DNA of 64,000 nt from Nemertoderma westbladi (GCA_032718475.1 JAUCBJ010005597.1:1-64000); one strand, 5' to 3'. Positions 37,901 through 48,460 are shown, counted from the stretch's first letter. Notes: generated from the sequence alone by a model not told the origin. Made by a program: numbers and translations.

Positions 37901-40900
37901 TGCGGAGGCGGGAGGCGGTGAATGCGGAGGCGGGAGGGGGTGAATGCGGAGGCGGGAGGCGGTGAATGCGGAGGCGGGAGGCGGTGAATGCGGAGGCGGG
38001 AGGGGGTGAATGCGGAGGCGGGAGGGGGTGAATGCGGAGGCGGTGAATGCGGAGGCGGGAGGGGGTGAATGCGGAGGCGGGAGGGGGTGAATGCGGAGGC
38101 GGGAGGCGGTGAATGCGGAGGCGGGAGGCGGTGAATGCGGAGGCGGGAGGGGGTGAATGCGGAGGCGGGAGGCGGTGAATGCGGAGGCGGGAGGCGGTGA
38201 ATGCGGAGGCGGGAGGGGGTGAATGCGGAGGCGGGAGGGGGTGAATGCGGAGGCGGGAGGGGGTGAATGCACTATCAATTAAATTCGGTTCGGCTTTGCA
38301 TCAAAAATTGTCGTATTTTCATTTGTATTTTTGCTGTTTATAGTAGATCCAGTGCAGATCTTGGGCGCAACTTTAAACGTTTACGTATTTAGTACGCAGC
38401 CCCAGAGAAACCCAAGGTAGACATGTTTGGGTTTTATGTTTTGAAGAGACAATATGAAAATTAGGTTCAGGACATAAACTGTCACTGGAAATATGAGGTT
38501 GAAAAAAGGGTTTTCTCAAAAAATATTACCGAACTTTAAAGGTTCACAGTTAATGGTAGATTAGGTAGGTCTAGTGGCACAATTACGAGCCCATTTTGAT
38601 TGTATGCTTTCTATATAACCAATTGATGTGACCACATCATCTCCTACAGCGAAGCTATTGCCAAGAATCGAAGAATGTAACACCAACTCCGACAAAAACA
38701 TAAAAATGTAGATCAAATTAATATTTATTGCAGCAAATCCATATTCATCAATATATAGTAACACGAAGTGGGGCCTTCGCGCAGCACGTGAAATGAGTTA
38801 ATGCTAAGTATCAACTCGAAAGGATTATAAAAACATAGGAGAAGATTTTCCCGGAAAACGTTAACCCTCTAGCGGGAGACTGGGTAACTGAAGAAGGAAG
38901 GATTAGTTTCCCTACAAAGCCACAGCCTATGGTCTATTACATATCTGCCAAATTTCAGCATAAATGGATTAAAAGCAAAGAAATGGGAGGACATTTAACG
39001 TTTAGACATGTGGCCCTCTAGCAGGAGACTATTGCTCTGATGGTGTCTGAAAGTCTCTCAAACGTCTCAACTTTTGATCATATTGATGCCTACAAATTTT
39101 CAACTTGGCAGCTTTAAATTCGACAAAGTTATAAGCATGTCAATATCATAACGACGACAACGATTTCACTTTCAGACATTTGGCCCTCTAGCGGCAGACT
39201 GGAGAACTGCAGATGGATTCGCCTCATTTGAAAGTCACAGCTAATGGTCTAATACATATCTGCCAAGTTTCAGCTTAAACGGATTAAAAGCAAAGAAATG
39301 GGAGGGCATTTAATGTTTAGACATGTGGCCCTCTAGCGGGAGACCATTGCACTGATGGTGTCTGAAAGTCTCTCAAAAATCTCAACTTTAGCTCATATTG
39401 ATACCTACAAATTTTCAACTTGGCAGCTTTAAATCCGACAAAGTTATTAGCATGTCAAAATCGTAACGACGACAACGATTTCACTTTCAGACCTTTGGCC
39501 CTCTAGCGGCAGACTGGAGAACTGCAGATGGATTCGCCTCCTTTGAAAGTCACAGCTAATGGTCTAATACATATCTGCCAAGTTTCAGCTTAAACGGATT
39601 AAAAGCAAAGAAATGGGAGGGCATTTAATGTTTAGACATGTGGCCCTCTAGCGGGAGACCATTGCACTGATGGTGTCTGAAAGTCTCTCAAAAATCTCAC
39701 CTTTAGCTCATATTGATACCTACAAATTTTCAACTTGGCAGCTTTAAATCCGACAAAGTTATTAGCATGTCAAAATCGTAACGACGACAACGATTTCACT
39801 TTCAGACCTTTGGCCCTCTAGCGGCAGACTGGAGAACTGCAGATGGATTCGCCTCCTTTGAAAGTCACAGCTAATGGTCTAATACATATCTGCCAAGTTT
39901 CAGCTTTAACGGATTAAAAGCAAAGAAATGGGAGGGCATTTAATGTTTAGACATGTGGCCCTCTAGCGGGAGACCATTGCACTGATGGTGTCTGAAAGTC
40001 TCTCAAAAATCTCAACTTTTGCTCATATTGATACCTACAAATTTTCAACTTGGCAGCTTTAAATCCGACAAAGTTATTAGCATGTCAAAATCGTAACGAC
40101 GACAACGATTTCACTTTCAGACCTTTGGCCCTCTAGCGGCAGACTGGAGAACTGCAGATGGATTGGCCTCCTTTGAAAGTCACAGCTAATGGTCTAATAC
40201 ATATCTGCCAAGTTTCAGCTTAAACGGATTAAAAGCAAAGAAATGGGAGGGCATTTAATGTTTAGACATGTGGCCCTCTAGCGGGAGACCATTGCACTGA
40301 TGGTGTCTGAAAGTCTCTCAAAAATCTCAACTTTAGCTCATATTGATACCTACAAATTTTCAACTTGGCAGCTTTAAATCCGACAAAGTTATTAGCATGT
40401 CAAAATCGTAACGACGACGACGACAACGACGACGACGACGACAACGACGACGACGACGACGCGACAACTATTTGCATAAATTGACCCACCCCCTAACAGT
40501 GTCAATTCGCTAAGGCTCCGCCAACTTCGTGGCTCGCCCCACACGATAATTATTATAGCTATTAATTTCAACCCTCTAGGGGCCCTCTTCAGGCAAACTA
40601 AGATATAGCAGTAAGGTTACTAAAATATATAGACAACAACTGACGAACTGGGTGAGCCTTATAAACTTACCGGTAGATATGTATGAACGTTATGAACGAC
40701 TGAATAGACTTGCAAATGAATTGTAGGACCGTACTCTATTAATAAAGGAGTGCGCACAATACAATAGAGTACAGCCCAACAAGTCATTTACAAGTCTATT
40801 TAAGTCGTTATTCATATTCGTTATATCTTAGTTTGCCTGAAGAGGGCCAGGGTTGAAATTAATAACTATCAATAATTATATATACCGTTTTACTATATTG

Positions 40901-42647
40901 ATTAATATGATTTGCTGCAATAAATATTAAATTAATCATTATCATCAATCTAACTCAGTTGATTATTCTTTCATTGTTAAAAATGTAGACCGTGAACGCC
41001 GTTATCGAGGTGCTATAAATTTTGGTAACGTTGACGTGTTTATATTGAGTCACCACTAATTTAAATACTTCCAAGGTTCTCAACAATGAAAAAATCACAT
41101 TTTATAAAAATCGACTGTTTGTTCCACGTCGAACCTAAAATCAGTCGACTTTGGATAAGTTTGTAGACCGCGGAAAATGTAGAGTTTGGAAAAACTCACA
41201 GAAACATCACCCAATATCTACAAAATGTTTATCCAAAGTCTAAAATTCAGTTCTATTCGGAATACGTTTTATAGAGCGGAATAGAGCTGAATACGTTTTA
41301 TAGAGCGGAATACGTTTTATAGAGCGGAATAGAGCTGAATACGTTTTATAGAGCGGAATACGTTTTATAGAGCGGAATACGCTCCAAAGGATCAGGGATT
41401 ATTACGCAATCTCAAAGACCCCCCATCTATTAATAGTCTGCAGCAGTTCAGTTGTGCCCGACCCTTGACGGCCCCTCACTCGATATATCACCGCTAAACA
41501 GGACAAAAGCACTAGACTCTAACCATATTCAGGGAGCTGTTATTCTTTAACCTTATAGCGATTTGTTGACAGTTATATTGAGACTGACTGAGTGATAGCG
41601 TTATTCTGTTTTAAGCATATACAACAATAACTTATTTAGAATATACTATCTAATTTGGAAAGTACTAAACCAACCTTCTGTTAGCACAATAGCGACAAAG
41701 TAGATATTTTTCCGGGTAATGTTTATGAGGTAATGGTGGGGAGTGGAAATTACCGGTGGGATATCCTCAGGGGTGCTCGCCTTCTTCTGAGCCTCAAAGA
41801 AATAGTCGCATATCGATCTATTTATAACACTCTTCCAATGTTTCTCAAGGAAAATATCACTGCAATAGAATACAAAATGTAAGACTTTTTTTTAATTAGT
41901 GTACGAGAAGTTCTATTTACGACCGACTTTATATTAAAATTCAAGTTTTGGAGTTGAACAAATGGTATTCCATTGTATAATAATTATGACATACAGAGGT
42001 AATTAAATACAGAAATAGGTCTAATAAATACCAGTACCGTAGTATTTCAGCCAATTTCCAAATGTAATCTACGATGCCCGGTGGCTGAATTGTGCCAATT
42101 AAAAAATAATAATAATTTATGGTCGACCATAAATTAATAAGCGGATAAGTGGTCGACCATAAATTAATAAATGGTCGACCATAAATTATTAATTTTTTTC
42201 AATTGGCACAATTCAGCCAATGTAGTATGAATAATGGTAAACTTGAAATGGTAAAAAATAAGTAATCCCAAAGATGAAAGTTTTTATTCCATAGGTAATG
42301 AGGGTTAATTTTTCGAGTTACATCCCTGCATCCATAAAAACACGCCTTCTGTAATGTCTTGGGGGCCTTCTGCTGTCCTGGGCTTCCTTCCATTTTAGAG
42401 TTGAATTTACAACTTAAAATGCAGAAATGTCCGGAAATAAATATTATTATATTCTACATTTATTGCTGTATTGATAATACCGAAATAATCACAGCGACCG
42501 TGATCGTTGGGTTGGTAATAAATTACTAAATTATTAAAGAAAGGATCGCAATATACGGGTGCGGTGCAAGGTCAGACTGACTAAAGGTCGATACGGTAAC
42601 TTCTGAACTTACCCAGTGGAATTAATTATAAACAAGCTGCTTATCAT
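13932..42647 (-). CDS. AP3M1: AP-3 complex subunit mu (whole gene model, 10 coding exons, 417 aa with exon 5a)
   Basis: The exons below join in frame (35+185+113+122+127+221+103+162+120+66 = 1254 nt including stop). The product is colinear with metazoan mu3, from MISSLFIINSTGDIFLEKHWKS to KYKPFKGVKYITKAGNFQVRT*. Confidence 0.95.
15289..15408 (-). CDS. AP3M1: AP3M exon 9
   Basis: TTTTAG|INLQHGVPLPDSNPIVTVHFKIEQLAVSGLRVNRLDMYGE|GTAAGT; phase 0-0. Confidence 0.95.
15731..15830 (+). mobile_element. Helentron/HINE-like element end leading into the 49-bp satellite
   Basis: gtggggcgagccacgaagt is identical to the end of the element at 40524-40543 (inverted) and similar to 48133. Confidence 0.45.
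15835..22651. repeat. 49-bp satellite, about 139 copies, in AP3M intron 8
   Basis: Unit cttctcaacgaYacgctactgggggagagaacttcgggcctaggttgaa; period 49 measured (15981 to 16030). Confidence 0.97.
22759..23644 (-). repeat. 48-bp tandem repeat made of the AP3M exon-8/intron-8 junction, 18 full copies plus a partial
   Basis: Unit = 27 exonic nt (ACAGCTGACCCAAAGATATCCGGAACT) + 21 intronic nt (GTAAGTAAATCTCATTCACWR). Donors fall every 48 nt from 23617 to 22801. Confidence 0.95.
23618..23779 (-). CDS. AP3M1: AP3M exon 8
   Basis: TTTCAG|VDLLQLSVQLPKSVLNVNLNATQGTYNFDQQNKRMIWDVGKLQPQTANPKISGT|GTAAGT; phase 0-0. Confidence 0.92.
24946..25048 (-). CDS. AP3M1: AP3M exon 7
   Basis: TTTAG|(N)MVAIPVFVKPSISFRDSGGRLDISVGSKQSMGKT|GTGAGT; phase 2-0. 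Confidence 0.93.
25347..25567 (-). CDS. AP3M1: AP3M exon 6
   Basis: TTTTAG|GSTVSAEITGVIDCSIRLSGMPDLTLTFVNPRLLDDVAFHPCVRYKRWESERLLSFVPPDGNFRLMTYHIGAQ|GTAGGT; contains the mu-family FHPCV and SF.PPDG signatures. Confidence 0.96.
25852..25981 (-). CDS. AP3M1: AP3M alternative exon 5b (putative mutually exclusive exon)
   Basis: ATTAG|(N)LSARLPAGQLFSPVPWRRANVSYTSNEALVDIIDSLDCIIDNL|GTAAGT; 130 nt, phase 2-0, same phases as exon 5a, no stops. Confidence 0.8.
26134..27081. mobile_element. PIF/Harbinger-type MITE between exons 5a and 5b
   Basis: TIRs gggaccgtgtacaaaataatgtcacg / cgtgacataatttgtgcacggtcc, flanked by TTA/TAA, with internal poly-C tracts. Related ends at about 13312 and 49884. Confidence 0.6.
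27781..27907 (-). CDS. AP3M1: AP3M exon 5a (canonical-type)
   Basis: CCTAG|(N)VSDQLPAGQLSNVPWRRTGVRYTNNEAYFDCVEEIDTIIDKS|GTGAGT; 127 nt, phase 2-0. Confidence 0.95.
28086..34948. repeat. 43-bp satellite (with 45/46-bp variants), roughly 155-160 copies, filling AP3M intron 4
   Basis: Unit gcgggtaccattggtttagtgtacgttggacccacagttagct. Confidence 0.97.
34973..35094 (-). CDS. AP3M1: AP3M exon 4
   Basis: TTTTAG|LLEEMLDNGFPLATESNILQELIRPPNILRSVVNTVTGKS(N)|GTTAGT; phase 0-2. Confidence 0.95.
35699..36022 (+). mobile_element. tRNA-derived SINE, copy 1
   Basis: Pol III A-box-like TGGTGTGTAGTAG and B-box GGTTCGATCC, a body shared with 45242-45524, a short internal duplication and a T-rich tail. Confidence 0.8.
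36081..36193 (-). CDS. AP3M1: AP3M exon 3 (GC donor)
   Basis: TTCTAG|(V)PPLFVLEFLYRVVDTFNDYFQECNETTIKDNLVVVYE|GCGAGT; phase 1-0. Confidence 0.93.
36310..38270. repeat. 22-bp G-rich minisatellite, about 89 copies, in AP3M intron 2
   Basis: Unit gcggaggcgggagg(g/c)ggtgaat. Confidence 0.97.
38761..40544 (-). mobile_element. Helentron/HINE-like non-autonomous element with about 5 copies of an internal 315-bp repeat
   Basis: The ends share inverted gtggggc and cacgaagt blocks. A (GAC)n microsatellite lies at 40411-40462. The internal period of 315 was measured (39182, 39497, 39812, 40127). A degenerate copy lies at 48133-48460. Confidence 0.65.
40548..40878. mobile_element. Small inverted-repeat element, possibly Penelope-derived
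   Basis: About 55-bp inverted ends (attaatttcaaccct..ggccctcttcaggcaaactaagatata / tatatcttagtttgcctgaagagggcc..agggttgaaattaat) plus internal inverted segments. Confidence 0.5.
41259..41380. repeat. About 19-bp minisatellite (ggaatacgttttatagagc)
   Basis: About 5-6 imperfect tandem copies. Confidence 0.8.
41675..41859 (-). CDS. AP3M1: AP3M exon 2
   Basis: TTGCAG|(G)DIFLEKHWKSVINRSICDYFFEAQKKASTPEDIPPVISTPHHYLINITRKNIYFVAIVLTE|GTTGGT; phase 2-1. Confidence 0.96.
42613..42647 (-). CDS. AP3M1: AP3M exon 1 (coding part)
   Basis: AAG-ATG MISSLFIINST(G)|GTAAGT; matches the mu3 N-terminus MI.SLF.IN..G. Confidence 0.92.
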
Positions 42648-42869
42648 CTTAACTCTGTAACTGCTAAACTGTTTAACGTTTAGGTTCAGAGGTTAGGCAG
42701 TTAGGCTACCTGCTACCGGTACCGTTCCGTTAGACTAAATCCTCCTCCAGCCCTCTTTCAGTGTCAATCTGTCAAGTGTTCAGTCTTTTCCAGTTTTCTT
42801 CTTTTTCAATTCTGCAATTTTTGTTTTAAGATTTAGATTTAGACAGTCCTGACAGTCGACAGTGTGTTA

Positions 42870-43260
42870 GAACTCACGGGCTTCACTGGCAGACTGGTAG
42901 TGCTGGCCCGTGGCCCTGGCAGTCTGGCAGTGTGGTGTGCGTGGCCTGACCGGAGGGCAGAGGGAGGAGAGCAGAGAGGCTATCCAATTATTCCTGAATT
43001 CACAATTTCCGCATTTAGCAGTTTCTGAGTTTAGCTGTTTTACCAGGATTACTGGATTACCAATTACTGCTGTTCGTACGGTACAGCGGTACCGGTACTG
43101 GTTTAGATTTTCGCAGTTCTACAATTCCGATTCCTAGGTCTGTCTGTAGCAGTGCTGCAGTGTAGTTTAGCAAGCAATATGCGAACAGTACTAGTCAGCC
43201 AGTGGCGGGGCGGTAACGAACTTAGATCCCACTTTCTTAACGGCCTTTTAGCAACCAAAC
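42870..43260 (-). promoter_or_regulatory. GC-richer island, probable AP3M 5'-UTR exon and promoter region
   Basis: Local GC enrichment, a candidate donor CCC|GTGAGT at about 42878, a TTACAG acceptor 7 nt upstream of the ATG, and a GC box (ggcggggcgg) at about 43204. Confidence 0.4.
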
Positions 43261-44374
43261 CACGTTTTCAAATGTAGTTTTGTAACTTAGGTAATCCCCG
43301 CTCCTCCGCTCAAGAGGCGAAGCGAACTTTAATTCTACACATGTATTGTACACGGTACTTCCAGAACTACTGTATATGTGCTAAAAATTGATTTCCAATA
43401 GTAAAGAAACATTTATACAGTATTTCTGAATTTTTATTATAAATTGAGGGCCATATTATTTAATGTTTATAGGCCTAATAATAGTAGTTCTAATACCAGA
43501 ATACTGTATTAACTAGTTAATAGTAGTCCTACTATATTAGTCCTACTATTATTATATATTAACTGTAGGTACAGTATATAAAATTCAAGGAATTGATGTG
43601 GGGCTGGTATTCATGAATCCGTTATTTATTCCCAAATTGAATCTATATGGGCTATGTATGCCCGGATTAAATATTAATAATAATAATTCCGAACTACACG
43701 TAAGTCCAAATAAGTGCGAAGCCAAGCAAATATTGAGCAATGGCGCCTATTTGCAGTAGCACCAAGGCGTAGGCCTACTATATTACGCCACGCCTGAGTA
43801 GCACCGAATTGTAATGGTATTCACTGAGCCTGATAGTTCCGGAAAAGTCGGATGTCAGTATAATGGCATAATTATAATCACCTAATTCAAGCCTATATGA
43901 TTGGCTGATTGGCAGGCCATTTGTCTGGCCAATCAGTGGCTGCTTGAAATTGGGATGTTTTAATGTCTAATATTATAGGCCCTAAACCGTCACCATCAGA
44001 CCTTGTAAGAAAAATAGTTTCAGTTTATTTTAATTCTACCGCGGTAGGTTGAGCTTGAGCTTCAGGTTCCCAGAATATGATACACGTTTGTATAGGGAAT
44101 ACGCAAATATTGCGACCCCTTACAAATAATCAGCTTCGAGGAATATTAAAACATTATGAAGTTGTAGAAGTTTCGGTTAGAGATTATTTGCCAGACAGTG
44201 GCCGACGGATAAACTGAATAAAGTATGCCTGTATATGTAAACTTTCTGATCTCTTCTGGCGCCTACGTCTGTACCGGTATGTGGCGACCACTTTTTCTGT
44301 GATATATAGAAATATGTTTTGCATTACATTTTGGAATCAATTTAAAATAATATAACCAGATAGGGGGGATGGGA

Positions 44375-44615
44375 GGGGGGTGGGGGAAACTGGGCGCAAT
44401 AAAAATTCATCCCTCTCCAGGGGATATTGACGCAAATAACAGCTGATTACTCTCAAAAATAAAACTGTAACCTGTTCTATTGTGTTTAGTTTATTGTTTT
44501 GGTTAAAATAACGTGCCACTGTAACCTGCTCATTTTCCTAAATTGATAATTTAACATTGAGGGGGAATATTAATTCGCCAAGATGGGATTGGCGTCCACT
44601 TTCTCCCCTGTCTCC
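44375..44615 (-). mobile_element. Short dispersed MITE-like repeat, copy 2
   Basis: Reverse complement of 4172-4410; the two spurious ORFs MARYINQNNK/MARYFNQNNK reveal the match. Confidence 0.6.
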
Positions 44616-45241
44616 ATATTACATATTCTACGGAGCATTTTTGTAATAGTAATTGGCAGTCAAGCTACTGTAATACCTTAACCTTATACTGTAGTCCATA
44701 TTCAGATATTGTACAGTATATTCTAATAATGGTTTCTAGAGACGACGTTTGCAACAATCAACCATCCAGTTATGAAAAGGTGCAGTAGTGTAAGTCTACC
44801 GTGGTGTAGGGTCTGTACACCATACAGTAGTAAAGATGATTTCTATTCGTTATTCTATAGTATGTCGTGCATATTATCTTTGGTAATACAGTACTTTGAT
44901 AGAATATACGAGTCTGCAAGTATAGGGCCTAACAAAAGTGATTTCCCCCAACCGACACCCGTTGTGGAAATTAGGCCGAACACCTATGGGAACAGTGTTC
45001 AGTGTTAGCCAATGAGGGGAGCTTATTTAAGGAACAGCCAATTAAAAGCCCAGAAATACTTCCATATGCTGATTATAATAATTGCTATTTCATTATACAA
45101 ATTTTACACTATATAATTACTGAACTGTCAGACAGACGTTTTCATCATGACTGTGGTAAAACATTTATAATTGTTGATTTCTGATCTGCTGTCTACCGTG
45201 GCTGATTGTCAGACTCAGACACCCTTTCAAATTTACCCTGC

Positions 45242-45524
45242 AAAAAGTAAAAAGTAAAGTAAATTTTCTTCGGCCGCTAGGCCAGGGATTACGCACAAAG
45301 TCTGACGACTTATTTCCAGTGCGGTCCCCCCAGAACTTTACTCCCCAGAGGAAACTCCAGACTCACTTTAGCTACCACTTAAGGATGCAAGGCAGAGATG
45401 CGCCCTGGCTGGTTCCTTTAAAGCATTCGTGCCGAAACGAAAACTGCCCTGGCCCATGTGAGGATCGAACCCACGACCTACAGGAGATGTGAATTCAATG
45501 CAACCACTACACCAAGGTGGAACC
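45242..45524 (-). mobile_element. tRNA-derived SINE, copy 2
   Basis: Reverse complement of 35699-36022; A box TGGTGTAGTGG, B box GGTTCGATCC, (TTTAC)-type tail. Confidence 0.8.
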
Positions 45525-45793
45525 TAATTTTTGATTTAAGGGAAGGAACCAGGTTACAGAGGAGGGCTTTTCTATCCAAAACAATACACGAACATGCTAG
45601 CAATAGATGGAAAGGAGCATCTTTCAGATGTGGGTTAAATTAGCTATTTAATTACCATCATTTACGACAGTAAAACACAATACATATCGCAGAACTGCCG
45701 TATAATTCTTTCTCGGGTTTACCTATACAGTATAATACTGCACTATACTGTTACCGATACTGATGTCCTAAGAGACTTAGGAGCAGAGGAGAG

Positions 45794-46697
45794 CCGGTGT
45801 AACAGCGGATTCTGTCCCCCCGCGGATATGGTCCGGGGGGACCGAATCCGCTAGCGGATTGAGTCCGGGGGGACCGAATCCGCTAGCGGATTCTGTCCCC
45901 CCTCCGCAGATTGAGTCCCCCCCTTAAATTATAATTTTACAGTACAGTCAGACAGTGCTGAGTGCAGCAGTACTGGTACGGACATAGCAACGTAGGCGTA
46001 GCTTATGCATTAAATTATCGGTCAGACCTGCAGACTGATTAAAATTCAACATTATAGATTCATTATGGATGAGGGATGATTACATGATGAGGAGGAAGAT
46101 ACTGTACTGTCCCTATTACAGTAATAAACATACTGTAGTTCGAGTTGTCAGGCCTCATTACCTAGGCCTAATATATGTACTGATAGTATTTTCGGGGTGA
46201 GGGGGGGGGGGGGGGGGGGGGGGGGGTGGTATATTCAGTTCAACTGTTACACCTAAACCCAACTGAGTAACAGTTATTCATATTCATTCATATTATTAGT
46301 TTGCAGGTGGGGAGGATATATTTTCTAATAATAAAAAGGCTAAAACAATATAACCTCATTACAATAAATTTATCGTACTACGAAATTGGGGAGGAGCAGG
46401 TTACACAGACAAGGTTTTCAAACCAGAACAATAAACGATACATACTGAATAACCGGTCTGCCAGTACTGTAACCATTGACAATAAGGAAGGGAACGGAGC
46501 AGTCTGGCAGTGTATTTTGAATTTATTGCAATAACATTGGGGGGACCAAATCCGCGAACGAGGACCCAATCCGCTAGCAGATTTGGTCCTAGGGAGACCA
46601 AATCTGCTAGCGGATTGGGTCCGGGGGACTAAATCCGCTAGCAGATCCGGTCCGGGGGGACCGATTCTTCGGGGGACTGAATCCGCTGTTACACCGG
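45794..46697. mobile_element. Foldback-type non-autonomous DNA element with subterminal ~31-bp tandem repeats
   Basis: TIRs ccggtgtaacagcggatt / aatccgctgttacaccgg. Both arms carry ggggggaccgaatccgctagcggatt repeats. Confidence 0.75.
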
Positions 46698-47066
46698 TAT
46701 ACAAGAATACACCAGTCCGCCAGTAGTGATACCGGTACCGTGGAACATATAATCGGAAATAAAAACGGACAAATGGACCTAATGAGTGATGTAAACGGAC
46801 AAGAAAATGTATTCTGATTACCGGGTATTAATTATTTCTGTATGTCACACACGGTTCGGCAGTTCTGGCATCTGGCTGTCTGGTGTTATCAAAATGACTG
46901 AATGATATCGATATCACACTGTACAGCTGTATCTCTGTGTGCAGTAATACTCACAGCTGTTAGGTACGGTACTGAAGTCAGGAAGTAGGCCTACAACTGT
47001 AAGTTATTATTCATACCGTCAGCTAGAACCCTTTGAAAAGAAACTAAGAAACAGGCAAAGAACTAC

Positions 47067-47705
47067 ATGACTAACTTATTTATTATCCCGCGATTCCATC
47101 GATATATAATTAAACCCCGGTCTGAGAATCTCATATACCGCGTACATGCAGCTCCACGATCAACACTCGGATCTAAAACGATAACTACCGGTAGGCCCCC
47201 AACCTATTATCATGGGAACTCTAAAGTTCTATACGATGGATTGTATCAAGTTTATCAAGGAGAGAGTAAACGTATTATTGTCTGGTCTAAACTCATTTCT
47301 TTGAGCTCCAGTATAGCCGGTAGTCTTGTACTCTACGCAATAAGTAAAGGCTCGTTAGCCTCCGCTCCAATTCTGGGCGGCGCATTGGCTTCCTTGGCGT
47401 TTATGTTTACGTGCGGAACTCCATTTCTCCTCCATTTATTGTGTATGCGATACGTCGAAGAATTGCATTACAACCCAGACGATCAACTATTTACCGCTGT
47501 AACTTACAATCTGTTTATGATAAGGAAGATACATTTATTTACGGTGTCACAAGTTAAATATCCCCAGACTCCTGGATTGTTCACTACCTTCTATGTTGGT
47601 TGGCGACCGTTTGTTCTTGACATTGAGAAGGTTGAACCGGAAACTTGTTGTATTCTAATGAGATTCGGTGAGAAAATCACTCAACTCAACGACAAACGAA
47701 ACTAA
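47067..47705 (+). CDS. TMEM70: TMEM70-like mitochondrial ATP synthase assembly factor, single-exon CDS
   Basis: Arg-rich N-terminus with few acidic residues (targeting-peptide-like), then VY.G......K..S.SSS, two hydrophobic segments, TPFLLH.....YV..L.Y......TAVTYN and VK.P....FTTFY, which is the TMEM70 family pattern. Confidence 0.85.
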   Translation: MTNLFIIPRFHRYIIKPRSENLIYRVHAAPRSTLGSKTITTGRPPTYYHGNSKVLYDGLYQVYQGESKRIIVWSKLISLSSSIAGSLVLYAISKGSLASAPILGGALASLAFMFTCGTPFLLHLLCMRYVEELHYNPDDQLFTAVTYNLFMIRKIHLFTVSQVKYPQTPGLFTTFYVGWRPFVLDIEKVEPETCCILMRFGEKITQLNDKRN

Positions 47706-48132
47706 AACCTACGAAATACAAACAGGTACGTTTCTAGGTGAAACCCTAATCAGTATTCATTCAATGAATAGTTGTGTTGATTTGATATGCGTACGTATAG
47801 GGTTAAACATTTATGTTTCATAAAAGGCTGGTTCTTAAAGTATAACAGTACAGCAGTACAGTAACTCCAGATATATTTGGTGGAGTTGGTTCTAGAGTAC
47901 TTTTAGCTCTAGGTCCTAAACCGAATATCTGCGTGATTAGTTCCAACGGAATACTGCAGTTTTTTTGTGGGGAATTTTAATAAAATCGGATATAAATAAC
48001 AAGTTAGTAAATTTAAATGATTATTTTATTTGATTATTATTATTGATGATAATTACTAGTCAGCTAGTAGTTAAAAGTACAAGAAGCCAATGTTTATTCA
48101 ATCGAACAAGTTTGCTAAGTATCCTGCAGCTC

Positions 48133-48460
48133 GTGGGGCGAGCCACGACACGAAGTTGTCGGATAAGTGGCAATGTTAGCGGGGTGGGACTATATTTGCA
48201 AGTAGTTGTCGTCGTTACGATTTTGACATGCTAATAACTTTGTCGGATTTAAAGCTGTCTAGTTGAAAAGATTGTAGGCATTAATAGGTACTATAGTTTA
48301 GATTTTTAGAAACCATCAGTGCAACATTCTCCCGATAGAAAGCTAAATATTCAGCAGATATATACTAAACCATTACCATTGCCCTTAATTTGAGGCTAAT
48401 CCTTGAAATAATATTTGAAAGTGAAAACATTCTCCCGTTTCCTTGATTGTAATCCGTTTA
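48133..48460 (+). mobile_element. Degenerate copy of the 38761-40544 HINE-like element
   Basis: gtggggcgagccacga...gttgtcgtcgttacgattttgacatgctaataactttgtcggatttaaagctg matches the reverse complement of about 40370-40543. Confidence 0.7.

Noticed and set aside
36302-38278. 658-aa Pro/His-rich ORF resembling an extensin
   Set aside because: It is the translation of a stop-free 22-bp minisatellite cycling through three frames inside AP3M intron 2, with no unique coding sequence.
46201-46226. Long poly-G/poly-C runs (also at about 13354, 26182, 26980, 50261, 54804, 63218)
   Set aside because: Most lie inside MITE/TIR elements and homopolymer lengths are unreliable in assemblies; there is no independent signal of function.
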